Positions 29,936-44,849 of a DNA stretch of 64,000 nt are shown here, piece after piece. The stretch is from the human T2T-CHM13v2.0 reference genome, Homo sapiens. Positions within the stretch are counted from its first letter, which is position 1. The number at the start of each line of letters is the position of its first letter. The position numbers and the translations under genes are program-made. The notes below the pieces were generated by a model. It had not been told where the DNA came from and did no database searches. It was given only the letters and a program-made list of their open reading frames with translations. The stretch lies in NCBI RefSeq assembly GCF_009914755.1, contig NC_060934.1; one strand, given 5' to 3'.

Positions 29936-30634
29936 TGGATTCTTTCTCTTAGGTATTTTTCTGTCTTTTGCCTTCCTGAGATGAGAAGCCTAGTTTTGGT
30001 GAGACAGGATAGTGTTTTTTTCTCTTCTGTCTGTGCGACTTTGCTCCCTGAAGCTTTCTGTCAGTATTTGCATTATGAAAATTAGGTTAAGGGCCTGGTT
30101 TTCTAATGAGTCTATTTTAGATAGTCACACCACCCAGTGCCATTTATAGTGGGAAGAAACAACTGTCTCAACTTTTCTTCCTACTTCAGTGCTATGAGAC
30201 TGAAAAGACTCTGAGAAGAGAAATTGAGATCCTTGGGGCAGGACATAAAAAAGTAAGATAGAAACAACAGCCTTCTCTGCCTTTTCCTTGCTAAGAGATA
30301 ATACACAAAACTCCCAGATTTAGGTATAGGTTCCAGAAGCAGCTAGGATTCTATTAATACATCCCTATTACTCTGGTTGCAAGACTTCAGGTTTTTCTAG
30401 TTAGGAAAATGAGGGTAGACCAGCCAACACTGTGGAACTTTTCAAATAGACTGCCAATTTTTGCCTCAGTCACCTGCTGGAGATAGGAAAGTCAGTAATA
30501 CTCACTTTTCAAGTCTAGTTGCTGTCAGCCTAGCTCTTGAAAAACAGCTGGAAGCATGGAAGCATGGCTTTCCTCCAGCCCTGTGGCCTACATGATGTTT
30601 CAAAGGATTGTTTAACAGGTCTAAAAACTGATTA

Positions 30635-31494
30635 TGTGAACGAAAAATAAAATTCTAAGCCCCCCAACTGACTGAATGGACCCCTTCTTGGCTAAGGAAT
30701 TCCAAGAAACCTGAACAACTAGTTCAAGCCATCACAGGACGAAGGGGTTGGACATACCTTGTTACATCCTCCCTTTGAAGTTCAGGAACAACTGACCAGC
30801 ATTAATGTGAAAATAGAGATCGTAACAGTGACAAAACAGACTCTAGCAATAAGATACCAAATTCCAACCTGACTCTGGTACAGGATCACATAACAGCAGG
30901 CCCTGAAGGAAATCAAAGCATTTTACCCCAAAATAAATTTCTTTGACATATTTTGAAATGGCCCTGCAAAGCTGTCTCTTGTGAACGAAATCTGCATTCT
31001 GTAGAGAATCTCCTTCCCTTGCTAGGTCTTTTCCAGAGTCTGACACCTTTTAAGTTTCGACAAGAGATATTTACCATCTATTCTGTCTGAAGCCTGCTAC
31101 ATGGAGGCTTCATCTACATAAGAATCTTGGCTTCCACAGCCTCCCCCAACTTTAACATTTATTTATGCTGACTTCAACTCTTCAGTCAAAGCTTAACTCC
31201 TTCAACCAATTGCCCAGGTAGGAAATCTTGGAATCCACCTATGACCTGGAAGCCCTCCCACATCAAGATGTCCTGCCTTTCTGGGCTGAATCAATGTATA
31301 CCTTCCATGTATCAATTTCTGTCTTTGCTTGTAACTTCTGCCTTCCTAAAATGTACAAAACCAAGAACTGTAACCCAAACACGTTGGGCGCATGTTCTCA
31401 AGACCTCTTGAGGCTGTGTCATGGGCGGGGTCCTTAACCTTGGCAAAATAAGCCTAAATCGATTGACATCTGTCTCAGATACTTTTTGGTTTAA
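30635..31494 (+). mobile_element. MER4 group (MER4D/E-like) ERV1 solo LTR
   Basis: Starts tgtgaacgaaaaataaaattctaagcccccc, ends ctcagatactttttggtttaa; 4-bp TSD ATTA (30631-30634 and 31495-31498). Confidence 0.85.
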
Positions 31495-31875
31495 ATTACA
31501 AAGTATTTTATAAGCACTATTATAGACCTGGGTACATGTATTTGTTGGTATTTGTGCAAACACAGGTGAGTAAAGTCCAGTCTTAAAATCATCTCATATT
31601 ACAGAGCATAATGCATCAAAGTACTTTGTAATTCTCAATACTCAGCAATGTACCTGATGTTAAGTAATCTGTAAAATAAATCATGTATTAATAGTTGCCA
31701 TTAGGTAAGAGAAATAGCTACACTTGCCAAGCACTATAGGTTGTACTTTGTTTTTCTACTTAATCCTCTTTACAGCACTGTGAAGTTGCTAGTATAAAAC
31801 CCATTTTGCAGATGAGGAAATGAGGTCATTTCAACTTTGTATTGAAGATCCTGTAGTAGACAGAATAATTGATGA

Positions 31876-32243
<368 letters not shown>

Positions 32244-34163
32244 GGGCATATATTTAAACCTCGTAAGGGAAGAGCCCAAAGTGCAGAGAACTGGCGTCAG
32301 CAGTCACATATTATGACAATGTTGAGTTTGACTAATCTTCCTTCTTTGACCTGTTTATACGAGAATAGGGTATATGAAAGAAGAAGGTACCTTTTTTTTT
32401 TTCCGCATAATAAGCACTATTCAAATTTGTTAACAGCAATATCAGTGGTTGAAGTGGAATTTGGACCTAGTTTATTTGGGGTGTTTTGATGTGCAGATTG
32501 TTCCAGTAACATAGAAAGATTGCAACTAACTCTTGATTCTGCACACTACTGCAATAAAAAATGTTTTGAATATGCTTCTACCCTTTGGCCTTCTCTGTAG
32601 CCATTGGCCTCTATAATTCTCGGCTTCCATAATTGCTGAGGCTGAGAAGTTGCATGCTTAGCAGGAAATGGAAAGGAAAAGAAAGTGTCAGCCTCTTCTA
32701 TGACCTTTTCTAAGACAAATCAATTCTGTTTCTCCAGGCTCAGCTGACTGTACTATGCACCTGGTCTAGAAGGCTTTCTTAGTTAACCAGGAGGGTGGGA
32801 CAAGTTAATTGATTCTTCTGCTGTCCCTTAGAAATGTATTTGTAGAATTTTAAAGCAAAGCACATCTCAGACCTTGTTGGAAATTCAAAGTTGTTTGGAT
32901 TTCAGAATAATGGGAACTATAGTTATATTGTTTATTTATTTTCCCTTCCATTGCTTTTATAACCCTTTTGAGCAATAACTACCTAACAGGCATGGGATTA
33001 GGGACTGAAGATAAAATATTTTTTGCCCTCAAATATTTTATGTACATGCATAGAGTGTATGTGTTAATTGTTAGTCCTGTTTTAGAAACAATGTCCCTTA
33101 GGAAGTCTTCCGTCTTAGGAGGATTCCCAAAAGAAGGATGGTTTCTGTTCTTGAATTAGAATTTTATGTCTGTAATCTACCCTCCACCCCATCTCTATTT
33201 AGTGAAGTAGTTGTAATCTGCATATGCCAGCCCTCATAGGCTCACTCCTGTAACTCAACTATAGAGTCCATAAAGCCAGGCTCATTGCACACACAGCAAT
33301 GGCAGCTGGCAGATGTTTATCAGATATCTATGATGCAGAATTTTATGGGGGATGAAGAAGGCAAAAATTTGCTGCAGACTTGTCAGAGGCAAGTTGCATA
33401 TGTTGCCCATGACAATGATCTCTGTCCTACTCCATCTTATAAACTGAGTATGCCACTTTGACTGTCATCACAACAATTTGTGTGACAGCAAACACCACAT
33501 GACCACCAGTTGTTTTTATATCAGTAAAATATTATTACATACAGACATTGCTAGAAAATATTTCCCAATCTGAGGACCTGACTATAAAATTTGATCTCCC
33601 AGTGATGACCTTGCCCAAATGTGGCATCACCTGGGGACTTGGGAGCCGATATGTGAGCTTTGTTTATATATCTACTTCTAATTCATTTTTCTGAACCTCG
33701 GTTTGGGGGGTATGGCAGGAGGGAGTTGGTCAGGAGGGCTGTTTCTTGTCCTTTCTAAGATCTGATTCAGTTCCCACTCCCATTTGTAGCTGGATCTTCC
33801 CTTTCCTTTACCCTTTTTGTCCCTGTCCTATTTAATAGGGATTTTTATTCCCAGGGGAGTCTCCTCAAAGCAGGGGTGTATCCTGGAAGGGGACTTCAGC
33901 TGGTGAAGTTTGAGAACTCCTAGGGCCCACCAGCTCAAGTCCTTTCATCACTTAAGGTAAACCTATTGTACAACAGCTGTTGTCTGTTGGTCCTCTGCAT
34001 TTTCAATGAGTACCTTTGGGTGACTTGGAGTTCCTCAGTTCTTAGGTCCATTAGCTACCCAAAGCTGCCTTCTGCTGCTTTCTACAAAGATGATGTTTAT
34101 GCAGTGGGGGTCTTATAGCCGTCAGTGGCTTATCACACACTCTCAGATTTGGAAATTCTTGGG

Positions 34164-34620
34164 TGTCAGATCCAAGAGAAGTTTCTCTTCAAAAGTTTAG
34201 TTTGTTTAGTTTATTTGTTCTCTACTTTCAAGGTCCAACTTCCTTACCCTTGGGCCTCCCTGCTCCTAGTTCCAGTAAACAACTCTCCCGCCAGTCCTTA
34301 TCCACAGAGCCCAGATCTACTACTCACTCTGTAATTTACCCCTCCCGCTGTGACGACTCTTCCTGCCAAAGCTGTCTTTCAAGTTAGCCAATCGGGTTCA
34401 GTTTAGATTGTGCGGTCCAACTCCAGCCAACGAAGACAGGACACAGTAGTAGAGACAAGCTGCATTAGGAATAAAAACCCTTCTCTCCTTTGTTCAACGT
34501 GCTCTTGCAATCAGACAGATGCAGGCAGCACCCCTTCTGCAAAAGTAAGTTTGCCTTGCTAAAAAATTTTCTGTCTAAGTGCTGGTTTCTCGTTGCGGCA
34601 CCAAGCACTTTTTACTAACA
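34164..34620 (+). mobile_element. ERVL-class solo LTR (family not determined)
   Basis: TG...CA ends, 457 bp, perfect 5-bp TSD TTGGG (34159-34163 and 34621-34625). CCAAT box and AT-rich TATA-like element on the + strand. Confidence 0.75.
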
Positions 34621-34683
34621 TTGGGGATAATTTGTCACATAGTTTTGTTGTAGATGTTGTCTGTGGGTTTTTTCATTTTATTT

Positions 34684-34780
34684 AAGACTAGTCAAGTGTA
34701 GTAGTGAGAAGAGGGAAGAAATAGAAACGAGGAGTTTGATCTGTGACTGATCAATTAAAACAGCTCCCTTCACGCCAGCC
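34684..34780 (-). pseudogene. Y1 RNA (RNY1) retropseudogene
   Basis: Reverse complement matches hY1 (GGCTGG...CAGATCGAACTCC...CTTCTCACTACTGCACTTGACTAGTCTT) with small deletions; A-tail remnant (T-rich on + strand) at ~34668-34683. Confidence 0.9.
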
Positions 34781-34806
34781 TTTTTTTTCTATTTTCTCTC
34801 TTTCCT

Positions 34807-34940
34807 TTTTTTTTTTTTTTTTTTTTTGAGATGGAGTCCCTCTGTGTTGCTCCAACTCATCTCAAACTCCTGGGTTCAAGTGATCTTCCCGCCTCAGCCT
34901 CCCCAGTATCTGTGAGTACAGGCACATATCACTGTACCCA
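34807..34940 (-). mobile_element. Alu monomer/FLAM fragment
   Basis: Poly-T plus Alu arm. Confidence 0.75.
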
Positions 34941-37900
34941 TTTGCCACTTTAGTTGCTGTTTTTATGCAGGGTGGGGGTGATGGGTTGGAAAGATTTTTA
35001 AAATCATGTCATCACCATCATATGAGAATTTTCTTAAGTCTTTTAGAGGATTGCATGTTGAATATATTTTAATGTACTTATATGTACTTATTCATCATTC
35101 ATATATCTTCTTTGGTAAAGTGTCTGTTCAAATATTTTGCCCATTTTAAAAGTGTGTTGTATGAGGAAGGATGACTGACTAGATGCATTTTGTACTTGCC
35201 TTCTCCACTACGAGAAACCAAAATAGTGAGTAAATAAATCACATTTTAAATAGATCATCTGAGAGAACACTGGAAGTCAACAGAAAAGTGACAGGAAACA
35301 CCTAAGGCAAGGAAGGAGAGGAAAGTAAGGTAGGCTGCTTGGCTGGGATCAGCTGGGAGCCAGGAGAGACTCCCCAGTGTGGTGAAAGGGTAAGTGAGAA
35401 ACCCCCAGTAGACCACATTCCCACCACAATATTCTTCTATCTTAGCCCTCCCAGGCCCTGAAACTAACAGAGGGAGCTACCTGGAGACCATGCAATGGCA
35501 CAGCTTCGAGGATGGAGCTTGCATCGGGTCCCATGTCCCCCCCTCCACCAAACCATAAGCATCTACAGCAAGGCACCATTTTGAGAGCCTGGCCCCCAAC
35601 AGGCTACACATTGCCCTGGGGCTCAGCAGCTCCAGGGCTAAGGCACAGGTGAAGCATGGACTGCTGCCATCAGGGCTGAAGCACAAGTAGGGTGATTGTG
35701 CCCTATCCTCCCCAGTGGCAGGGCCACAGCATGACTGCTGCCACCTCACTCGAGCATTCCACCAGGGGCCTTGAGATTGCCCCACCACTGCCTACCATGG
35801 CAGGCACCTGCACACACCATCAGGTGGCCTGAGGATAAGTCTGCTCAGACTGGCTTGGCCCCCATCCCATGTCAGAGCATGTAATCTAGGGGCTTAGGGA
35901 TTGCCAAGCCCAGCCCACCACCACTGGCACCTAAGCACTCCTCTAGGGGGCCTGAGATTGATCCTACCCAACCTGCTGCTACCACCACAGCTGGCACCAA
36001 CCTGCACATGCTACCTGGGGGCCTGGAAACTAGCCTACCCAGGCTATCACAGCCACCACCAATAGCAGCACATACCACTTGGGACCCAGAGAGTCATCCC
36101 AGTACTGCTACTGCCATTGCCTAGAACATGCCAACTGCCCAGAGGCCTGAGAACATGCTCACCCCCACAGCTACCATTGCTGCCACTACTGGCATTCAGA
36201 CAAGCCGCCTGGAGGCTCAAGAACTGGCCTGCCTGGACTTGCTGACACTGGTGCCAGCATATGCCACCTTGGGACCCAAGGACAAGCAGGCTCAGCCCAC
36301 TGGGGTCTGAAGACTGGACCATGAGGGATCTCAGTCCCCAGCAAAACTTCACCACAGTCTCCCTTAATAACTGTACCCTAAGCCATCAAGGAAATCATAG
36401 ATACTACTGATGCTGCTTACAGCCAAAGAAATCATACAGAGACTATCCTACTGCTTGCACCTAGAATTAAAGTCAATGTGCACTCCCCAACAAAAACCAT
36501 AGATACATCTTCAGGAAAAAGTCCTCCCATACTAAAGCAAATTCATAAAGTTGAAAGAAATGACTGTTACACAACATGTACAGATACCAATGTAAGAACA
36601 CAGGAAACATTGAAAATGCAAGAAAATATGACATCTTCAAAGAAACAATAGTTCTCCAGGAACAGATCCCAATCAAAAACAATCCTGGAAAAAGAATTCA
36701 AAATAAAGAGACAGATATCATAAAAAGGAACCAAACAAATTCTGGAACTGAGGAATTCAGTGAATGAAATACAAAATGCATTCAAAAGCTTCAACAATAG
36801 CCTAGATTAAGCAGAAGAAAGAACATCAGAATTTGAAGATATAAGTCTCTTGAAATAACCCAGTCAGACAAAAATAAAGCAAAAAATAAGAGAGAGAGAA
36901 AAAAGCCTGTATGACATATGGGACACTAGAAAGCAACCAAATATTTAAACTTTTGGAGTCCCAGAAGGAAAAGAGAAAATAAAAATGTTAGAAAACCTAT
37001 TTAACAAAATAATAGCTAAAAACTTCTCAAGACTAGCAAGAAATGTAGACATCTAGATACTTGAGGCTCTTGAGAACCTCAAGCAAATACAATGCAAAAA
37101 GGTCTTCATGGTACATTATAGTCAAACTGTCAAAAGTCAAAGACATAGAGAATTCTAAACACAAGAGTAAAGCATCTTGTCACCTATAAAGGAACCCTCA
37201 TCAGACTAACAGCTGACTTCTCAGCAGAAACCTTATAGGCCAGGAGAGAATGGGATGATATATTCAAAATGCTGGAAGAAAAGCTGCCAGCAGAAGACAT
37301 ACCCAGCAAAATTATCCTTCATAAATGAAGAACAAATAAAGTATTTCCCAGATAAGCAAAAGCCAAGGGAATTCATCACCACTAGACTGATCCTGCAAGA
37401 AATGCTTAAGAGAGGTCTACACCTGGAAGTGAAAGAATGTTAGCTGCCATTATGAAAACACATGAAAATATAACAACTCCTGGTAGAACAAAGACACAAA
37501 TAAAGGAAAATAAGACTCAACTCTTACCACTAAAGAAAATCACCAAACCACAACGATAGACAAAGCGAATGAAAGGAACAAAGGATATACAAAACAACCA
37601 GAAATTATTTAATAAAATGAAAAGAATAAACCTTTACATATCAATAATAACCTTGAATATAAACAGATTAAACTTTACACTTAAAAGATACTGACCAGCT
37701 GAATGGATTAAAAACACATAGGCCAACTATATGCTGACTACAAGAAACTCATCTTACCTGTAAGAGACATAGAAAGTAAAGGGATGAAAAAAGATATTCC
37801 ATGCAAATTGAAATGAAAAGCAAGCAGAAGTAGCTATGCTTACATCGGATAAAGCAGACTTTAAGTCAAAAACTGTAAAAAGAGACAAGGTTACTATATA

Positions 37901-38015
37901 ATGATAAAGGGATAAATTCAGTAAGAGGATATAATAATTCTAAACATATATGCACCCAACACCACAGAAACCAGATATATAAAGCAAATATTATTAGATT
38001 TAAAGGGAGAGATAG

Positions 38016-40630
38016 GGGTCAGGCACAGTGGCTCACATCTTTAATCCCAGCACTTTGGGAGGCCAAGGTGGGAGGATTGCTTGAGCCCAGGAGGTAGAGA
38101 CTACAATGAGCTGTGACTGTGTCTCTGCACTCCAGCCTGGGTGATATAGTTTGGGTGTTTCTCTCTGACCAAATCTCATGTTGAATTGTAATCCCCAATA
38201 CTGGAAGTGGAGCCTGGTGGAAGGTGTTTTGGTCATGGGAGCAGATTCCTCATGGCTTGGTGCTGTCTTCATGATCATGAGTTCTCATGAAATCTGGTCA
38301 TTTTAAATGTGTGGCACCAATCCCCTCAATCTCTTTCTTGCTCCTGCTTTCATCATGTGATGTGCCTGCTCCTGCTTCACCTTCTGCCATGAGTAAAAGT
38401 TTCCTGAACCCTCCCCAGAAGCTGATGACAGTGCTGTTTCCTATACAGCCTGCAGAATTGTAAGCCAATGAAACCTATCTTCTTTATAAATTTTCCAGTC
38501 TCAAGTATTTCTTTATAGCAATACAAGAATAGCCTAACACAGAAAATTGGTACCAAGGAGTTGGATGTTGCTATAAAGATACCCGAAGATTGGGAAGCAG
38601 ATTTGGAACTGGGTAACAGGCAGAAGTTGGGAGTTTGGAGGGCTCAGAAGAAGATAGGATGATGAGGGAAGGTTTGGAACTTATTAGAGACTGGTTAAAT
38701 AGTTGTGACCAAAATGCTGATGGTGATATGGACAGTGAAGTCCAGGCTGACGAGATCTCAGATGGAAATGAGGAACTTATTGGGAACTGGAGCAAAGATC
38801 ATGTGTGTTATGTCTTGGAAAAGAGCTTGGCTGCATTCTGTTTATGCCGTAGAAATCTGTGGAAGTTTGATCTTGAAAGTGATGACCTAGAGGATCTGGC
38901 AGAAGAAATTTCCAATCCACAAAGTGTTCAAGAAGTGGTGTGACTGCTTCTAACAGCCTACACTTGGATACAGAACAAAGAAATGACTTAAAGTTGGAAA
39001 TTATATTTATACAGGAAGCAGAGTGTAATAGTTTGAAAAATTTGCAGCCTAATCATGTGGTAGAGAAAAATAAAACTTTTTGGGGAAAGGAATTAAAGCA
39101 GACTATAGGAGAACCACTTACTAAAGACGTTTGCGTAACTAAAAGGGAGGCAAATGCTAATATACAAGGCGAAAATGCCTCAAAGCCATTTCAAAGACCT
39201 TCTGGCAGCCCCTCCCATCACAGGCCTAGAGGCTTATGAGGGAAGAATGGTTTCCTATGCCAGGTCTGGGGCACCATTGCCTTGTGCAGCCTTGGGACAT
39301 TGCTCTCCACATCCCAGCTGCTCCAGCTCCAGCTCCAACCCTGGCTTAAAGGCGCCCATGTACAGTTCAAGCTGTCACCTCAGAAAATGCAAGCTGTAAG
39401 CCTTGGTGGCTTCCATGTGGTGTTAAGCCTGCAGGTGCAAACAATTTAAGAGTTAAGGAGGCTTGGCAGCCTCTGCCTAGATTTCAGAAGGTGTATAGGA
39501 AAGCCTGAGTGCCCAGACAGAAGCCTGTTGCAGGGGCAGAACCCTCACAGAGAACCTCTACTAGGACAGTGTGGAGGAGAAATATGGGATTGGAGTCCTC
39601 ACACAGAGTCCCCAATGGGGCACTGACTAGTGGAGCTGTGGGATGGGGCAACTGTCCTTCAGACCCCAGAATGGGCAATCTACCAGCAGCTTGCACCCTG
39701 CACCTGGAAAACCTGTATGCATTCAACTCCAACCAATGAGAGCAGCCCTGGGGGTTGAACCGTGAAAATTCACAGAGGTAGAGCTGCCAAAGACCTTGGG
39801 AGCCCACTCCTTTCACTAGTGTGCCCTGGATGTGGGAAATGGAGTCAAAGGAGATTATTTTGTAGCTTTAATATTTAATAACTCTCCTGCTGGGTTTCAA
39901 ACTTGCATAGGGCCTGTAGCCCCTTTCTTTTGGCCTATTTCCTCCTTTTGGAACAGGAATGTTTATCCAAACCCTATACCCCCATTGTATCTTGAAAGTA
40001 ACTAAATTGTTTTTATTTTACAGGCTCATAGGTGGAAAGGATTTGCCTTGTCTCTGATGAGACTATGGACTTTTGGGGTAATGCTGGAATGAGTTAAGAC
40101 TTTGGGGTACTGTTGAGAAAGCATGATTATATTTTGCAATGTGAGAAAGACATGAGATTTGAGAGGGCCTAGGGTTAGAACTATGTAGTTTGGATATTTG
40201 TCACCACCCACATCTCATCTTGCATTGTAGTCACCAGTGCTGGAGATGAGGCCTGGTGGGAGATGTTTGGATCATGACAGCAGATCCCTCAGGGCTTGGT
40301 GCTGTCTTTGTGATAGTGAGTTCTCACAAGATCTGGTCATTTAAAAGTGTGTGACACCTCCCCCCGCCCCCTGTCTTTCTTGCTTCTGCTATTGTCATGA
40401 GCTGTGCCTGCTGCTGCTTTGCCTTCTGCCATAAGTAAAAGCTCCCTGAGGCTTCCCCAGAAGCTGATGCCAGCACTGTCTCCTGTACAGCCTACAGAAC
40501 TGTGAGCTAATTAAACGTCTTTTTTTTTTTTAATAAATTACCCAGTCTCAGGTATTTCTTCATGGCAACGTGAGAACTGCCTAATAGATTGGGTGACAGA
40601 GTGAGACCCTGTCTCAAAAAGAAAAAAAAG
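38016..40630 (+). mobile_element. Old Alu monomer (FRAM/AluJ-like) split by the MST provirus (pieces 38016-38141 and 40589-40630)
   Basis: ...actccagcctggg | MST | ttgggtgacagagtgagaccctgtctc-An; TSD-like aaagggagagatag / aaaaggagacatag. Confidence 0.85.
38142..40588 (+). mobile_element. Full-length MST (MaLR) provirus: LTR-internal-LTR
   Basis: 5'LTR 38142-38541; internal region from gaaaattggtacc; 3'LTR 40181-40588; TSD ctggg/ttggg. Confidence 0.9.
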
Positions 40631-43600
40631 GAGACAGATAGACTCCAATACAATAATAATTGGGACTTCAAGAACCCAATCTCAGCATTAGACAGATCAT
40701 CTGAACAGAAAATTAACAAACAAACATTGGATTTAAACTGAACATTAGACCAAGTAGACCTAATAGACATTTACAGAACACTTCATCCATCAGCTACAGA
40801 ATACACATTCGTCTCATCAGCGCATGAAACATCCTCCAAGATACACCATAAGTTAGAAAAAAAAACAATTTTAATTCTTAAAAATTAAAATTTCAGATAA
40901 GAACATGTTCTGGCAAAAAAAAATTTTTTTTAAATCAAAATCAAAATTATACCCAGTATCTTCTCAGACCACCATAGAATAAAACTAGAAATCAATAACA
41001 AGAGGAACTTTGGAAACCACACAAATACATGGCAATTTAACAACATACTCCTGAATGACCATTTGGTCATGGAAAAAATGGATGAAGGAAATAAAAACTT
41101 TTCTTGAAACAAATAAAAATCAAGACACAACACACCAACACCTATGGGATATAGCAAAACAGTGCTAAGAGAAAAGTTTATAGCCATCAGTCTCTACATC
41201 AGAAAAGTTGAAAGATTTCAAATAAACAATCTAACAGTGCACCTCAAGAAACTAGAAAAGCAAGAACAAACCAAACCCAAAATTAGTAGAAGAGAAATAA
41301 TAAAGACCAGAGCAGAACTAAAACAATGGAGACCCCCCCAAAAAAACAAAAACAAAACAAACAAACAAAAAACCAACGAACCAAACAAAAAACCCCAAAG
41401 GAACAACTAAACAAAAAGTTCGGTTTTTGAAAAGATAAACATTGAAAAACCACTTAGTAGACTAACCAAGAAAAAAAAGACCCAGATAAATAAAACAAAA
41501 AAGGAAACATTACAACTGATACCATACAAATACAAATGATCATTAGAGACTGTTATGAACAACTATACACCAACAAACTGAAGTGGATGTATTCCTGTAT
41601 TTATACAACCTACCAAGACTGAATTAGGAAGAAATAAAAAACCTGAACAGATCAATAACAAATAATGAAATTAAAGCAGTAACAAGAAGTTCCCCAACAA
41701 AGAAAACTCCAAGACCAGCTGGGTTCACTGCTGAATTCTACCAAACTTTCAAAGAAGAACTAATATCAATTCTCTTCAAACTATTGCAAAGGCTTGAAGA
41801 GGAGGGAATTCTCCCTAACTCATTCCATGACGCCAGCATTATCCTGACACTCAAACCAGAAAAGGATGCAACAACAAAAAAGAAAACTATAGAATAATAT
41901 TCCTGATGAATATAGATGCAAATATTCTCCAAAAAATGCAACAAAACTGAATCCAGCAGCACATCCGAAAAATAATACACCATGATTGAGATTTTTTCCC
42001 AGGGATGCCAGGATGGTTCAACATATGCATATTAATAAACATGATACATCACATCAACAAAATAAAGGACAAAGATGATATGATCCTCTCAACTGTTGCA
42101 GAAAAGGATTTGATAAAATTCAACATCCCTTCACAATAAAAACTCTCACAAAACTAGGCATAGAGGAAACATACCACCACATAATACATTTTGTATATGA
42201 CAAACCTACAGCTAACATCATACTGAATGGGGAAATTTTGAAAGGCTTTCCTCTAAGAACTGGAACAAGAGAAGGATACTCACTTTCACCACTTCTATTC
42301 AACATAGTACCAGAAGTTCTAGCCAGAGCAATCAGGCAAGAGAAATAAATAAAAGGCATCTTAGTTAGAAAAGAGGAAATCAAATTGTCCCTCTCTGCAG
42401 ATAATATAATCTTACATCTAGAAAAACCTAAAGGCTCCACCAAAAAATTCTTAGATCTGATGAATAAATTCAGTAAAGTTGCAGGGTACAAATCAACATA
42501 CAAAAATCAGTGTATAACATTTCTATACACCAATAATGAGCTAGCTGAGAAAGAAATCAAGAGAACAATCCCATTTACAATAGCTACAATAAAATAAATA
42601 CTTAGAAATAAATCTAACCAAAGTAATGAAAGATGTCTACAGGGAAAACTACAAAGCACTGATGAAAAAATTGAAGAGGACACAAACGTGGCAAGACAGC
42701 ACATGCTCATGGATTGGAAGAATTAATATAATTAAAATGACAGTACTACCCACGGCAATCTACAGATTCAATGCAATCCTTATCAAAATACCAATGATAT
42801 TTGTCACGGAATTAGAAAAAAAATCCTAAAATTTATACAGAATTAAAACAGAGTGAGATTAGCCAAATCAATCTTCAGCAAAAAGAACAAAGTTGGATGC
42901 TTCAGACTACATGAGTTCAAAATATATTACAAGGCTATAGTAATCAAAACAGCATGGTATTGGTATAAAATAGACACATATAGCAATGGGACAGAATAGA
43001 AAACGCAAATAAAATCCACATTTTGACATCCAAATGAGCTTAACAAAGCTGTCAAGAACATACACTGGGGAGAGGACACCCACTTCAATAAATAGTGCTG
43101 GGAAAATTCAATATCCATATGCAGAAAGATGAAATTAGACCCTTGTCTCTCACCATATACAAAAATCAACTCACAATGGATTAAAGACTGAAACTATAAA
43201 ATGACTAGAAGAAAACATAGGAGAAACATTTCAGGACATTGGTCTAGGCAAAGATTTTATGGCTAGAACTCAAAAGCTCAGGCAACTAAAATAAAAATAA
43301 ACAAAAGGGACTATATTACCCTAAAATACTTCAGGACAGCAGAGGAAACAAATGACAAAGAGACAACCTGTTGGATGGGAAAAAATATTTGCAAACAATT
43401 CATCTGACAAAAGACTGGTATCCAGAATATATAAAGAACTCAAACAACTCAAAAGTAGAAAACAAATAATCCCAGTAAAAAGTGGGCAAAGGGCATGAAT
43501 AAACATTTCTCAAAAGAAGATGTACAAATGGCCAACAGGTATATGAAAAAATACTCCACACTTCCAATCATCAGGGAAATGCAAACCAAAAGCACAATGA

Positions 43601-43660
43601 GATATCATCTTAGCCCAGTTAGAATGGTAATTTTTAAAACAACAACAAAAAGATACTGGC

Positions 43661-44101
<441 letters not shown>

Positions 44102-44849
44102 TTATCGAAGAAAAGGAAATTGGTATATCACAGGGATACCTACACTTGCGTGTTTATTGCAGCCTTATTCATAATAGCAAAGATACAGAATCAACTGAAG
44201 TGTTCATCAATGAATGGATAAAGAAAATGTATATATACACAAAGGAATACTATTTGGCCATTAAAAAGAATGAAATCATGTCATTTGCAGCAATATGGAT
44301 GGAGCTGCAGCTCATTATGCAAGTGAAATAAATGAAGCACAGAAAGACAAATACTACATGTTCTCACTCATATGTGGGAGCTGAAAAAGTTAATCTTATG
44401 GAGGTAGAGAATACAAATGATAGATACCAGAGGCTGGGAACAGTGTGTGAGAGTAAGGGAGCTTAAAGAGATGTTGGCTAATGGGTATAAACATACAATT
44501 AGATAGAAGATATAAGTTCTAATGTTCAAAAGCAGAGTAGAATGACTATAGCTGGCAATAATGTGTTGTATATTTCAAGTTAGCTAGAAGAGAGGACTTG
44601 AAATGGTCCCAACACATAGAAATGATAAGTAAGGTGATGGATACGCCAAATACCCTGACTTGATCACTACATATTGTATTCATGTAGCAAATACATGTAC
44701 CCTACAAATATGTAAATATTATGTATCAATTGAAACAAAAACAAAAAATGGGTTTTCTTCTTAATGAGATGTTAGTGTTTTTTATATATTCTGATATAAA
44801 TCCTTTATCAGATATGTTTTTCAAATAGTATCTCCCAACCTTTGGTTTC

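Noticed and set aside
38635-39816. Cluster of 60-110-aa ORFs
   Set aside because: Decayed MaLR internal sequence broken by stops and frameshifts.
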